From the NCBI GenBank assembly GCA_965603825.1, contig CBFDEM010000027.1, positions 124,001 to 188,000 on the forward strand: a stretch of DNA of 64,000 bases, given 5' to 3'. Under the pieces are notes generated by a model. It was given only the letters and a program-made list of their open reading frames with translations, was not told the origin of the DNA and searched no databases. The position numbers and the translations under genes were made by a program. This document shows, piece after piece, positions 11,073 through 22,563 of this stretch. The stretch comes from Blepharisma stoltei ATCC 30299 (taxonomy: Eukaryota; Protista; Ciliophora). Within the stretch, counting starts at the first letter, position 1; every line of letters starts with the position of its first letter.

Positions 11073-11738
11073 TTAGTTATTCTTTTTCAAAGGAGTCGTC
11101 GAACTTAGCTTCCAGCCATTGATACCAGTTCTTATAATTGGCATTGATACAATCTGATTTGGCTTCTTTTCAAACCGGTTCATAAATTGAGAAATTTTTG
11201 GCTCATATAAATCGACGCCAGTTTTCTCAGGTTTTACTTGTAGTTTTAATGCTGAGAGACCATTAGGGATAGCATAGCTGTGGACCATTTTGGGCACATA
11301 GGAAAAATCGAGCTGGAGATCTAGCTTGTTAGGGAAACCTAGTGTTCGTCCTTTTAAGATGCCTTCGTGGAGCTTTTTGTCTAGGCTAGATTCTAGCTGT
11401 AATGAAGGAGGCTCTTTGATGGAAACTAAATTTGAAGAATCCGTAATTGAATTGTTGTTGGACCTGGATTTCTTTTTCGCTAGTGATTTCTTTATCAGTC
11501 GTTCAGTATTTTTATTATTTATAACTATCCTTGTCTTACAGCTTGCAAGAGCTGGAGGATCTTTAGATGTGGTTAATTTATTGGAGTTTTCCAAGATACT
11601 TTTCCCATTGAAATATATCAGCTTTCTTTGGTTTAATGCTTTGGTTGAGATATTTACATTCCAGTGCTTTGAAGTGGTTTCAGGCAAATCGTCTAAGTTA
11701 AACTCGTGATAATGGTTTACAAGCTTTGGCTCATACAT
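11073..11738 (-). CDS. Hypothetical basic low-complexity protein
   Basis: First ATG (MYEPK) at 11738, open to TAA. Confidence 0.65.
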   Translation of the reverse strand: MYEPKLVNHYHEFNLDDLPETTSKHWNVNISTKALNQRKLIYFNGKSILENSNKLTTSKDPPALASCKTRIVINNKNTERLIKKSLAKKKSRSNNNSITDSSNLVSIKEPPSLQLESSLDKKLHEGILKGRTLGFPNKLDLQLDFSYVPKMVHSYAIPNGLSALKLQVKPEKTGVDLYEPKISQFMNRFEKKPNQIVSMPIIRTGINGWKLSSTTPLKKNN

Positions 11739-12031
11739 TTGATTAAGCAAACTTTATTTTATTATTGAGTTAGTATAAACTGTATTTAAAACATTAGTTT
11801 ACAATATAAAATTATATTATTTAAATTTTTTGACACACTGGTGGCATATGCAGTAAATTTTTAAATATATTATTTGAATACTTATAATATATTTAGATTT
11901 AGATTATAGAATAAATAACTCATATACCTAAAAATTTCCTTTTTACCTTGATTTTTGCATAAAATAAGCAAAATAAAAACCTGAATTTTCATTAAGACAA
12001 ATAATTTCCAGAAAATTTTAGTATTTTAGAT

Positions 12032-12676
12032 ATGGGAGCTGGAAGATGCTGCTTTTGCACTAGTACAAAATTGGCTTCAAATCCAATTATAGCAAGACGA
12101 CAAGAAACAAATGCAAATACAACTCAAACTCAAGTCACCCAAGTCCATGGTTCTCAACGGACAAATAACCTACCTCCTGTTCACCCAGGCAGTCGCCCTC
12201 CAACTATACTAAAAGTTCTAATAGACACAAAAGTCTCCCCTGACGACATAAAATCAGCTGATTTTACCCCAGCCGCCACCCAGAATATCTCCTACCCTTA
12301 TACCTGTCCAATATGCTTCAAATTTTATTCCCACATTCTTGTTACAAAGTGTTGCAAGAATTATATCTGTCATTTCTGCGCCAAACACCTACAAGCAAAA
12401 ATGGTCAATTTTGAAATAGCTTGCCCTCATTGTAAGAGTAACCCTGTGGTTTTGACAGATGTAGACTTAAATGACCCAGTAAAAAAATATAGTGACTCTC
12501 CTTATGGAACACATAGGAGCACAAATGACCGAAATAAATGGGTACCGATACTACAAATGGTTCGTGAAGACTCATCAGATACAGAACCTGCTGACGAGCT
12601 GAGAACTTTAAGCTTTACAAGGGAGTTTACTGAAGCAGAAGAATTTTTGAGTAAAAGTTGCTCAAGAAGTGTATAA
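12032..12676 (+). CDS. RING-finger protein (Sip5/DA2/GW2-type RING) with predicted N-myristoylation/palmitoylation
   Basis: MGAGRCCFC N-terminus; CPICFKFY...CCKNYICHFC...CPHC. Confidence 0.75.
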   Translation: MGAGRCCFCTSTKLASNPIIARRQETNANTTQTQVTQVHGSQRTNNLPPVHPGSRPPTILKVLIDTKVSPDDIKSADFTPAATQNISYPYTCPICFKFYSHILVTKCCKNYICHFCAKHLQAKMVNFEIACPHCKSNPVVLTDVDLNDPVKKYSDSPYGTHRSTNDRNKWVPILQMVREDSSDTEPADELRTLSFTREFTEAEEFLSKSCSRSV

Positions 12677-12723
12677 AACAATAATAGATTTTTGTTATAA
12701 ATAGCTTGTATTTTCATATAAAA

Positions 12724-14094
12724 ATGCCCAGAGAAATTATCACACTTCAAGTAGGACAATGTGGAAACCAAATAGGCATGGAATTTTGGAAGCAACTTTG
12801 TATGGAGCATGGGATTAATAATGAAGGCATACTAGAAGAATACGCAACTGCAGGCGATGACCGTAAAGATGTGTTCTTTTATCAAGCGGACGATGAACAC
12901 TATATTCCCCGCGCATTGCTTATCGATTTAGAGCCGAGGGTAATCCATACAATACAGACTTCTATGTATGCAGCCTTATATAACCCTGAAAATATTTATA
13001 TGAGCAGAGAAGGTGGGGGTGCAGGGAATAACTGGGCAAGTGGGTTTTCCCAAGCTGAAAGAGTCAATGATGAAATCATGGATATGATAGATAGAGAAGC
13101 TGATGGCAGCGACTCTTTAGAAGGGTTTGTGCTGCTTCATTCTATTGCAGGAGGCACTGGAAGTGGAATGGGGTCTTATTTATTAGAAAGACTTAATGAC
13201 AGATTTCCTAAGAAATTGATCCAAACTTATTCAGTTTTCCCAAACCAGCTTAGAACTTCTGACGTAGTTGTGCAGCCTTATAACTCATTATTGACTTTAA
13301 AAAGACTGACACTTAACGCTGATTGTGTAGTTGTGCTAGACAATGCGGCACTAAATCACATTGCAGTAGACAGACTAAAAATTCCAAACCCAACCTTTGC
13401 ACAGACTAATGCTTTAGTATCTACAGTTATGGCAGCTTCTACAACGACATTGAGATATCCTGGATATATGAATAATGATTTAGTAGGCCTCGTTGCTTCA
13501 CTTATCCCGACTCCTAGATGCCACTTTTTAATGACTGGCTATACTCCTTTAACTGTGGACCGACAAATCAGCTCAGTTCGGAAAACGACAGTTTTAGATG
13601 TAATGAGAAGGCTTTTGCAGACAAAAAATATTATGGTTTCGACTAATACAAAAAAGGGGGTTTATATGAGTATTTTAAATATCATTCAAGGAGATGTAGA
13701 TCCTACACAAGTTCACAAGTCACTACAGAGGATTAGGGAAAGAAAACTTGCAAATTTCATCCCTTGGGGGCCTGCGTCTATACAAGTTGCACTTTCAAGA
13801 AAATCACCGTATGTAGAAACTTCACATAAGGTGTCAGGACTTATGCTTGCGAACCATACGAGTATTGCGGATTTATTTGATAGGATTATTAGTCAGTATA
13901 CAAAATTGAGATCAAGGAATGCTTTTTTAGATAATTATAAAAAGGAAAGAATTTTTTCAGAAAATTTCGAAGAGTTTGATAGATCAGAAGAAATTGTAAA
14001 AGAGCTAATTCAAGAATATAAAGCTGCAGAAAAAGAAGATTATATAGACTGGGGAAATAATGCTGATTCTGATACAGATATTAGGATGAAATAA
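12724..14094 (+). CDS. TUBG1: Gamma-tubulin
   Basis: [57 protein letters not shown]. Confidence 0.98.
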   Translation: MPREIITLQVGQCGNQIGMEFWKQLCMEHGINNEGILEEYATAGDDRKDVFFYQADDEHYIPRALLIDLEPRVIHTIQTSMYAALYNPENIYMSREGGGAGNNWASGFSQAERVNDEIMDMIDREADGSDSLEGFVLLHSIAGGTGSGMGSYLLERLNDRFPKKLIQTYSVFPNQLRTSDVVVQPYNSLLTLKRLTLNADCVVVLDNAALNHIAVDRLKIPNPTFAQTNALVSTVMAASTTTLRYPGYMNNDLVGLVASLIPTPRCHFLMTGYTPLTVDRQISSVRKTTVLDVMRRLLQTKNIMVSTNTKKGVYMSILNIIQGDVDPTQVHKSLQRIRERKLANFIPWGPASIQVALSRKSPYVETSHKVSGLMLANHTSIADLFDRIISQYTKLRSRNAFLDNYKKERIFSENFEEFDRSEEIVKELIQEYKAAEKEDYIDWGNNADSDTDIRMK

Positions 14095-14170
14095 ATTTAA
14101 GCAATTAATATATGATAACTTTTGAATTCAATTTAATAAGCCAATTAGATTAAAATTATTTGAAATTAAT

Positions 14171-15622
14171 TTAAGCTAAGCTTGCTATTATTTCCCAAGC
14201 TCTGTGTATATGTTCTTCTTCTAAATATTCACTATTCATGCTCAGTCTTATCACTGGTCTTCCTTCCAATTTAGTCCCTAAAACAAAAATATCTTTCCTT
14301 TCTTTCAGCTTGCCAATTAGTTCAGTTGTTTTTTGGTCATCTCCTTTCATTCTAAACACAAGCAGTGCGAACTCTCTCTTAGTACAAAATTCAAACCTAT
14401 CATCATTTTTTATGAGGTTTTCTAAAATTTTGGCTAGTTCTACGTGTTTTCTAATCATAGATTGAACGCCGCTGACACCGTACTGTGAAACATAAAAGAA
14501 CATTCTAAGGGCTCTATTATCTCTTCCAAAAGCTAACTGAAGAGATCCTAAATCAATGTCATCAGATTTCCTCAAATAGTCAGGATCCATTGTAAAACAG
14601 TCGCCAAGCCACTTTTTGTCTCTTATAAACATATAAGAAGCACAAAATCCTAACCCCATCCACTTCGAGGCGTTAACAACTATAGAGTCAGCATATTCAA
14701 CTCCTTTGAATAAATGTCTGAATTCTGGACAAACTAGTGCTGATCCAGCATAAGCTGCATCAATATGCAACCACATGTTATTTTCTTTACAAATTTGTCC
14801 GATTTGCTGAATTGGGTCAATTGCTGTGGAGTTTGTCGTTCCAAAAGTCCCACAAGCAAAAATTGGGTCAAGTCCTGCCTCTATATCTTTTTTGATTGCT
14901 AGAGGCAGCAAGCTTACATTCATAGGATAATTTTGAGAAATTTCATCAAAATAGCTAGGGATTACTCTGGTTTCATATCCCAAAGCTTTTGCGCACTTGC
15001 TTATGTGTACGTGTGTTTGATCAGAGACATAAATAACTGGTTTTTTGGCATTTCTTCTATGTCGCGCTACAATCAAGAGATTAAGAACTGAATCCCCAGC
15101 AGATGTCATAGCCATCCCTCCTCCAGGGCTTTTTTCATGCAAAAAGTAATCAGGGAATCCCATCATCTGTGCATACCAATCGGCACATAAGAGTTCCAAT
15201 TCGGTCTGCAGAGGAGAAGAATCCCATGAAAAGCCTATCGCGTTAATAGACCTAGATAAAATTTCTCCTTGGATAGCTGGCCAAGTTGATATTGAAGGAA
15301 ACCACGACATATACATTGGATGCTGCCAATGAGAGTTATTGGGTATAATGATGTCTTTTATTTGAGCTTGAATAGTTTCCCATCCCACAGGCTCAGCAGG
15401 AGGAGTTGAAGACACCAATTTCCTTAAAAAATTTCTTTTGGCGTCTGGCTTTACATTTATTGATGCAATATTTTTGTGGTACTCAGCTACCTGCTCTATC
15501 AGTTCATGAGTTTGATTTTTAAATTTGTCTATTCTCGCCTTGGAAATATCTGAAATATCGTTTGCGGTAGTAAAAGGCCTTCTAGTGAGATTACGTAAAT
15601 TCAACAACCTCATCTGCATCAT
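14171..15622 (-). CDS. Group II PLP-dependent aromatic L-amino acid decarboxylase (DDC/TDC/TyDC family)
   Basis: HWQHP, FSWDSSP-TELE, SDQTH, WLHIDAAYAG, PLP lysine in NASKW, loop DPDYL, QLAFGR..RAL. Confidence 0.92.
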   Translation of the reverse strand: MMQMRLLNLRNLTRRPFTTANDISDISKARIDKFKNQTHELIEQVAEYHKNIASINVKPDAKRNFLRKLVSSTPPAEPVGWETIQAQIKDIIIPNNSHWQHPMYMSWFPSISTWPAIQGEILSRSINAIGFSWDSSPLQTELELLCADWYAQMMGFPDYFLHEKSPGGGMAMTSAGDSVLNLLIVARHRRNAKKPVIYVSDQTHVHISKCAKALGYETRVIPSYFDEISQNYPMNVSLLPLAIKKDIEAGLDPIFACGTFGTTNSTAIDPIQQIGQICKENNMWLHIDAAYAGSALVCPEFRHLFKGVEYADSIVVNASKWMGLGFCASYMFIRDKKWLGDCFTMDPDYLRKSDDIDLGSLQLAFGRDNRALRMFFYVSQYGVSGVQSMIRKHVELAKILENLIKNDDRFEFCTKREFALLVFRMKGDDQKTTELIGKLKERKDIFVLGTKLEGRPVIRLSMNSEYLEEEHIHRAWEIIASLA

Positions 15623-15796
15623 TAATTATGAAAAATGGGGAATTTATTCTGGCATTGTGACATTTTGGGTATTGGGTATTCACGATGAGGTAATCTCGTT
15701 TTATCATAAAAATGATTATGCATGAAAAAAGGTAAAGAAATTAGGGACGAGATCAGAAAAATATTAGTAGTTAGATTATTAAAATATTCGTTAGTC

Positions 15797-16696
15797 TTAG
15801 CTTTCTACAGCTTCAAAGACGAACTTTTTCATTTCTGTGAGGCTATTAGCTTTAAATAAAAGCGGTTGGAAGTCGTGCAAAACGTAGTCCATATTCAGAA
15901 CCTTTTTGAGTTCTCAAGGCTCGACTTTACATTTTTTTTCACCGACATTAATTATTTCCCCACTCGAGGATAAAATCCCTGCTCCGAGAATTTTTTCACC
16001 AATAACGCCAAATTCTACTGAGTAGTAATAAATTTTAGCTAATTGGTCAATTTTTTCGTCACTAGCTCCAAGTGATTTCTTACCAATTTCTTGAGAAAAT
16101 TCGGCCATCTCCTCATTCGCAAAAAGTGGAACATGCCCCATTAGGTCGTGAACTACATCTGGTTCGACTGCGTAAAATGGGGAAGAAATATGCCTAATAT
16201 ACCTTGATGCAAAAAATACTCGATAAGCAAGTCCATATAAAAATGATCTTGCATTAATCATTCCTCCAACAGGAACTAGTTTGAATCCTGTTTTTGAGTT
16301 TAGCCAATTATTTACTTTAGAAAACTGAGGGACTTCATTTTCAGTGTAAATGTTTTTATTCTCCAACTCAATGAGGTTTTGGTTGTGTTCGTCACAAGCG
16401 TAAAGGCTATGAAGCTCTTTAAGCTTCCCATAAAGGATATTCCAAGTCTTATTTGCTTGCTCAGGATAATAAGCATCAGGGACGTCTGAATCGGCCGGGG
16501 TATCATAATTTCTCATTGATGAAAGCCAATTCATGTAATCGATGTCGTTTGAGCCTGGGTAGGAATTTCCAAGATCATCAATAATATTTCTATGAGACTT
16601 GTCAATACAGTCCAAATCTCGTCTTGATCTTGGATACCATATCGGTTTGGTGAATAATTGTTTTGTCTGATTAAGCAGCAAAGACTTCATAGCCAT
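15797..16696 (-). CDS. Biopterin-dependent aromatic amino acid hydroxylase (PAH/TPH family), catalytic domain only, 299 aa
   Basis: TGFKLVPVGG, YIRH..PFY..EPDVVHDLMGHVPLF, VEFG, GAGILSSSGE (2-His-1-Glu iron site). Read-through of TGA 15914-15916 gives DFQPLLF, matching the family C-terminus, then TAA 15797-15799. Confidence 0.93.
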
Positions 16697-18323
16697 TTTA
16701 ATTATGCGATTTCTGAAATTTTTCCAATTCTAGAATGCCATAATAGAAAACTTAAAGGCTAAAATTCTATAAATTAGTCTTCAGACACTTTTTGGATCAA
16801 TAGCTCTTATTCGGCCTAGTTAGAATTGCGAAAGCAGAAATAATCTAGAGAATTAAATTTTTTGTTTAAAAGTAATTTCATTTCATGATTTACTTATAAA
16901 AATGATGGCTACTTTGATAAATTTATAATATCTATTAAAGTAAAGGACATTAAAGCCTTTATCTTGATATTTAATGTGTAAATTTTAAATGGAAGAAGAA
17001 TCGAATTTGCTAATAAAAAAACTCTTAACATTTTTTTGAATGGGTCAGTAGATTAAGAGGCAATATTAAAGAGTATAAATAAGCAAGTCTCCTTAATTGT
17101 AATTTTTGCATATATAATTTAGTAGCCTATGATTATGAGCTACGTCACCATTTTTAAGTGATATATAATTTGTGATATATCTTTATGCTATGGAGTATCT
17201 ATAAATTCAATATCAAATTCTTTAACTATCTAAACTAAATTTTACCTAAGGATAAGAAGAAAAGCAAGCATTAAATACAATTTAATTTAAGGATTCTTAA
17301 TTTTAAAATGGCTTACAATAAATTCGAAATTGCAGTTAAAAATATATGTTTAAAAATTATTTTTATAGGCTTCTATTTTCTTGATAGCTATTTATGTTTT
17401 AATAAATATCAAGAATAGCTTATTTGAAAAATTAGATATAAAATGCATTTATTTGGCTGAAAACTTAAAAAGATTCTATTTTAATTTTTCTAAGTTCGAA
17501 GAAATGATATATGTGATGATAAATCAAATTAAGTCTTAATGTTTGATGCATAGGGTTTAAATTAAAGTAAAAGTGAAATATGATGAAAAAAATTAAAATG
17601 TTTTTTGAGTTATTTAATAGATTAGGTACTGGAATTATTAACGTGAAGCGAGTAAAGCTTAATCTTTTTATTTTTCATTAGAAAATTTATCTATTTTTAA
17701 TAGCCTATGTATATCATTTGCTTTCTCATTTTTTAAGAGTCTTAATTATATGTGACTAAATTTATCTGCTTAGGAAATAACTATAAATTTTTTAGGCTAT
17801 TTCAATTAAATTTAAAGCATAATATAATAAAATTCCATAATTAAAGAAAACAATCAAAAATTTTTGTATTTAAAATTATCCATATTTTTGTATATACTCG
17901 AAAATATAAAATTTCTTAGTGATAAAATGGCTTTATCAACTTTGAGAAATATAAGTTTCCTTAATATTATGATCTTTTACTGCTTTACCTAATTTCTGCA
18001 CTTAATAGCAATTATTCAATTATTTAATATAAAATAGATAATTCAGTTAAAGCTATTTAAGAATAATTATTAATTAATATCGAATTATTAAAGCTTTAAA
18101 CTTCATCTTTATATTCTCGCAAAAATTAATTTGGGACCGTTTTAAAAAATAATTAATTTCAGATCTTCCTAAAATAATCATTATTTTTACAATACATTAA
18201 TATTAACTTTTAAAAGAAGAATTTAAGACCCTGCTTAAAATTTTAAAAATCTATTAATTAAAAAAAACTATTAAAATCTAAATCCTGCCAATTATTACTG
18301 ATTTTTTTGATTTTTTATAATAT

Positions 18324-19943
18324 ATGATTAGAACCAGACCAAAATCTAGCATTTCATCATTAAATATTAACGAAGATAAACTCCGAAAACTCCAAAAGGA
18401 ATTTCTAAGAGGCCAAAACCGAATAAGGATTTCTTCTAAAAAAGTTTCAAAAAGTGAAAGACAAAGTCCAGTCACCTCAAACTCCACAAACCAGTTACCA
18501 AAACCTTACGAAGTCTTACAAAACTATTTAAAAAAGCGAAACACAGAAAACCAAGAGTTCAGTCCTTGCCACGAAGCCAATACCTCTCGTAAAGGCTTCA
18601 TCTCAACCCCAAAACTCCACACAAAACCTGCACATCGTCGAGTATTTTCTGACCACTTCCCAGTCAGTCCTAACATTCCAACTAAGCTAGAAGAAGCCGA
18701 AAAGCCAAGTTTTTTCCTCGATTTCTCCCAAAAAATCCCACCAAAAGTCGAGGTCAGAAAAAACTCATATTTTGATTTAAATTTAACCCCAAGAAAAAAA
18801 TCGCCATTAAACACCTCAAAACACAATTCCATAAATCTCTCAAGCTCCGAACTCCAAAACGAAGAAGAAAACAGAGAAAAACTCCTCCAATACATTTCCT
18901 CTTATTACAAAAAGCATTTAGAAGAGCCTACATCCTCTTTAGAGTTTTATCAAGTAGGCGAAATGATCGGTAAAGGCTCATTTGGAAGAGTTATGTTAGG
19001 CGTCCATAGACTGACAGGCCACAAAGTTGCCCTCAAAGCTATTGAAAAAATCCATATGAAAAACGAAGACTCCAGACGTAAAGTTTTACATGAAGTTTTA
19101 ATCCTGAAAAAAGTCCGCCATAGCCGAGTCAACCGAATTCTTGAGGTTTTTGAGTCCTCAAAATTTTTTTATATAGTTATGGAATACGCAGGAGGTGGCG
19201 ATCTTCTTCATTTTGTAAAAAGAAAAGGAAAAATCTTGGAAGGCGAAGCTAAAAGGATTTTCAGACAAATTCTTGAAGGGGCTATCGCAATTCATTCACA
19301 TGGGATTATTCATAGAGATTTTAAGCTTGATAACATTTTGATTGATTCTGATTATTCTTCAGTCAAAATTTGTGACTTTGGGGTAAGCAGGTCATTTAAA
19401 CGAGGAGACATGATATATGAACAATGTGGGACCCCTGCATATTTAGCTCCTGAAATGATTATAGGAAGAGGCTATGAAGGCCCTTCAGTCGATATCTGGA
19501 GTTTAGGCGTCCTTCTCTATGCAATGCTGTGTGGAACTGTCCCTTTTAAAGCTAAAAATCTGAATGATCTGCATAAAATGATTTTATTAGGAAAATATGC
19601 AATCCCAGAGTACATGTCAGATGAAGCTAAAGATTTAATTTCACTATTTTTAAACCCAATCCCACAATACCGCATTTCTTTAAAAGACGCATTAGAGCAC
19701 CGATGGTTTTTCACTGAAGATACAGAGCCAGAAGCTCCTCGGCCTCGATTTTCTGACCTGCAGACAGACCGTGATTTAGAAAAAATTGACGATTCTATAG
19801 TTTCTCAAGTCGCCAAGTTTGGCTACCCTAAGAGTTATATAATTAACTCCCTTAAAAACGGCGACCTCACACATTCCACCGCATCTTATTATATTTTGCA
19901 AGACCATGCATTAAAGCTACAAGCTTTAAACCCATGTGTATAA
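18324..19943 (+). CDS. CAMK-group (AMPK/MARK/SNF1-related) Ser/Thr kinase with UBA-like C-terminus
   Basis: IGKGSFG, VALK, HRDFKLDN, DFG, CGTPAYLAPE, DIWSLG; tail FGYPKSYIINSL...STASYYIL. Confidence 0.92.
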   Translation: MIRTRPKSSISSLNINEDKLRKLQKEFLRGQNRIRISSKKVSKSERQSPVTSNSTNQLPKPYEVLQNYLKKRNTENQEFSPCHEANTSRKGFISTPKLHTKPAHRRVFSDHFPVSPNIPTKLEEAEKPSFFLDFSQKIPPKVEVRKNSYFDLNLTPRKKSPLNTSKHNSINLSSSELQNEEENREKLLQYISSYYKKHLEEPTSSLEFYQVGEMIGKGSFGRVMLGVHRLTGHKVALKAIEKIHMKNEDSRRKVLHEVLILKKVRHSRVNRILEVFESSKFFYIVMEYAGGGDLLHFVKRKGKILEGEAKRIFRQILEGAIAIHSHGIIHRDFKLDNILIDSDYSSVKICDFGVSRSFKRGDMIYEQCGTPAYLAPEMIIGRGYEGPSVDIWSLGVLLYAMLCGTVPFKAKNLNDLHKMILLGKYAIPEYMSDEAKDLISLFLNPIPQYRISLKDALEHRWFFTEDTEPEAPRPRFSDLQTDRDLEKIDDSIVSQVAKFGYPKSYIINSLKNGDLTHSTASYYILQDHALKLQALNPCV

Positions 19944-19989
19944 TTTAACACTTTTATTTAACTATAAGAAATGTTCAGAAAATAATAAA

Positions 19990-20925
19990 ATGAAGCTTGT
20001 TCTTGAGTGCACAGGAGATGTCTTGGAAGAAATGCTTAAAGCGCTTAAATCAGCCTGCCCAACTGATGAGCGCGTTTATTTGATTTTTCAAGACGATTTA
20101 ATTATTCTCAGAGAAGTCCATATAGGAATAGACCGGCCAATCTGCTGGGTCGAGATCGATTTATCTGATAAAAGTGATTCTGCGTTGTTTTCTAAAGTAG
20201 TTGTCAAATCCAAGCAGCACAAAAATACAATTGTCTTAGAAGCAGTAAAAACACAAGTCTTTGAAGCTCTAAAAGCAAGCTCAGCTTTGCCGGGAACTCA
20301 AGTAACGATTCGCCTAGCCCAAGAAAATAGATCAGGCAGTCCACATCTCTATCTAGAATTCCGCTGTGTAGTCCCAGAAGAAGGCGAAAACTTCAGTTAT
20401 GAAAAACAAGTAGACATCGTTATAAATAAAGCCAATGAAGACATAATCCCTGAAATCCCCAATGCCATTGAGTGTGAAATGGTCTGCTTAAACCACGTCA
20501 TACAAATAATGAGACCTCTCCAAGGTGATGACTCAGCCGTTATCCTTGGACTAAGCCTTGAAAAATGCCAAGCTTGTGCACCTCGAAATAAAAGAGATTT
20601 AGATTACCTTTTCGCCTGCAATCATGCCAGAAATAAAGTAGAAGTCCCTGAAAAAGGAGACTTGACTGTGATGTCAGTGAATTCTTCGCCATTACAAGTT
20701 ATTAGTACATATTATCAGGTGCCTTTATTATTTGGGCAATGCTCGTTGAAAAATATAAGGGCGACACTAAAGGTGAAGCATTTATTAGAATTATTCCAAA
20801 AATCATCAGCAGTCAACTGGCCGAAGGTGATGCTTGGGATCCAACATGAAGGAGGGATCATTATGACGATTTCTAAACATGAAAGCTTGTCGTTAAGGCT
20901 GCTCGCCCCTGGTCATATTGAGTAA
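19990..20925 (+). CDS. HUS1: HUS1-like checkpoint clamp (9-1-1) subunit
   Basis: Pattern CWVEID...LFSKVVVKS...NTIVLE...FEALK...VTIRL...PHLYLEF...QVDIVI matches the Hus1 PCNA-like fold by eye. Confidence 0.6.
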   Translation: MKLVLECTGDVLEEMLKALKSACPTDERVYLIFQDDLIILREVHIGIDRPICWVEIDLSDKSDSALFSKVVVKSKQHKNTIVLEAVKTQVFEALKASSALPGTQVTIRLAQENRSGSPHLYLEFRCVVPEEGENFSYEKQVDIVINKANEDIIPEIPNAIECEMVCLNHVIQIMRPLQGDDSAVILGLSLEKCQACAPRNKRDLDYLFACNHARNKVEVPEKGDLTVMSVNSSPLQVISTYYQVPLLFGQCSLKNIRATLKVKHLLELFQKSSAVNWPKVMLGIQHEGGIIMTISKHESLSLRLLAPGHIE

Positions 20926-20952
20926 TATATCTAAATAATTATCAATTAAAAA

Positions 20953-22521
20953 TTATATAATCCATGGTTTTTCTCTTCCAAGCTCTGCAGCCATGTTAAA
21001 AGATTTTTTCTTAATTTGGCTATTCAGTGGGTAGCTTCCAGGGCCGACTTCTTCATTTGTACCAGTCCCAGGTCTGTAGCTTCCAAAATTGGAAAACCGG
21101 GCACTTGTGAGCCTGAATTGTTTTGTAGGGACACTTTTAGGTCTAGAGTCATAAGACCCAGGACCTGGGTTGTTAGGGTCTTTGGCTGTTCTGAAAAACC
21201 TGTTTGAAGAAGAGTCAAAGCTGATTTTCGGGTTTAAAAGTTGATAATCATAAGCGCGGCTTTGTTTTCCAGCCCATGGCTTGTGAGAAATATATGGAAC
21301 TGGCTTAGGGACACTCCCTACTACAGTAACGCATAGATTATCTGACGCAATTCCTTTAAATCTTGGAGTCTTGCTTTTAAAAGACGAATTCGAGGTGTCG
21401 TTTTCCTTTGCAGAATTCGGCTCATAACTTCCTGGGCCTGGGTTGTTATTTGGCTTCGGCTTTCTAAATCTTTCAGCTCTTGACCCAAATGGATTATTTG
21501 GGTCTTCTTCTATAATGGTTTCTTCACTGGCGTACTCTCCTGGCCCTGGGTTCCCTGCAGTGGTAACCCAAGGCATTTCTCGCTTTTCACTTGTATTGAA
21601 ACCTGGCTTTACAGTAGCCATTTCAAAGGACACAAATTTCTGCTTGAGCTCTTCGATTTTATTTAACTGCTCTTTTGAATAGTAATTCCCAACAGGTGGG
21701 ACGTCATGGTTTCCTACAACAAATGGCCGATGTGGGTCTCTTGTTAATGGCATATCTCGTTTTGCGGTTATTCCAAACCCTTCTACTTGGACTTTATTTT
21801 TCTTGTCTAGGGAAGCTACTTCGTAGCTTCCTGGTCCTGGTTTATCATCTTTTGCTGATTTTGAAGTAACAGGTCTGACAGTTTTTGACTGGAAATTTCA
21901 TGATTCTTTATCAGATTGTATAGACTCGTCAAATGAGTATTCGCCAGGTCCAGGCCTTGCGTCACTTGTAGGCTCGAAAACTGATCTTCTTCCTCTATAA
22001 GAGCCAAAACCTGCCCCTCTAGAGCTTGGCTTTACAATGCTATGGTCTGGGCTATAACTTGTAGGCCCAATATTCGCTTTTTTTATGTTTTTTGAAGGGA
22101 TTGAAGGTGGACTTGGCTCTATTAACAAAGACTGTGGCCGCCTTCTCTGAAAGTCTTCTCCTTGTGCTTTTGGATTGCTTTCAAGCTCATAAGTCCCAGG
22201 CCCTGGATTATTTATGCTTGTAGGCAGCGTAAATCCAGTGACCCCAGGGGCAAAAGGCCCAATTCGTGGAGCTTTAGAAATAAAATTGCAAATTGGCTGG
22301 TTGTTTTGCTTTAGCCATTCTTCACGGCCAGAATATGTTCCTGGTCCTGGCTCGAATTTAACTGAAGTCTTGGGAGCTGATAGAGTTCTTTTTTCTGATA
22401 CGCTAAAAGGTGCTGCGCTTTTATTGAAATCTTTGGAGGTGTTTATTTCATAGGTCCCTGGGCCTACTTCGGCTGGGGTATGAGCTTGTCAAAATTCAGT
22501 TTTTCGCATAACGAGTTTCAT
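20953..22521 (-). CDS. SHIPPO/PGPGxY-repeat protein (STPG/ODF3-like), 522 aa
   Basis: About ten (P)GPG(S/T/E)Y repeats; continuous frame from ATG 22521 with two TGA-Trp. Confidence 0.88.
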
Positions 22522-22563
22522 GTTTAAAATGATAAATGATTTTTTTATTAATTTCTTCAACTA

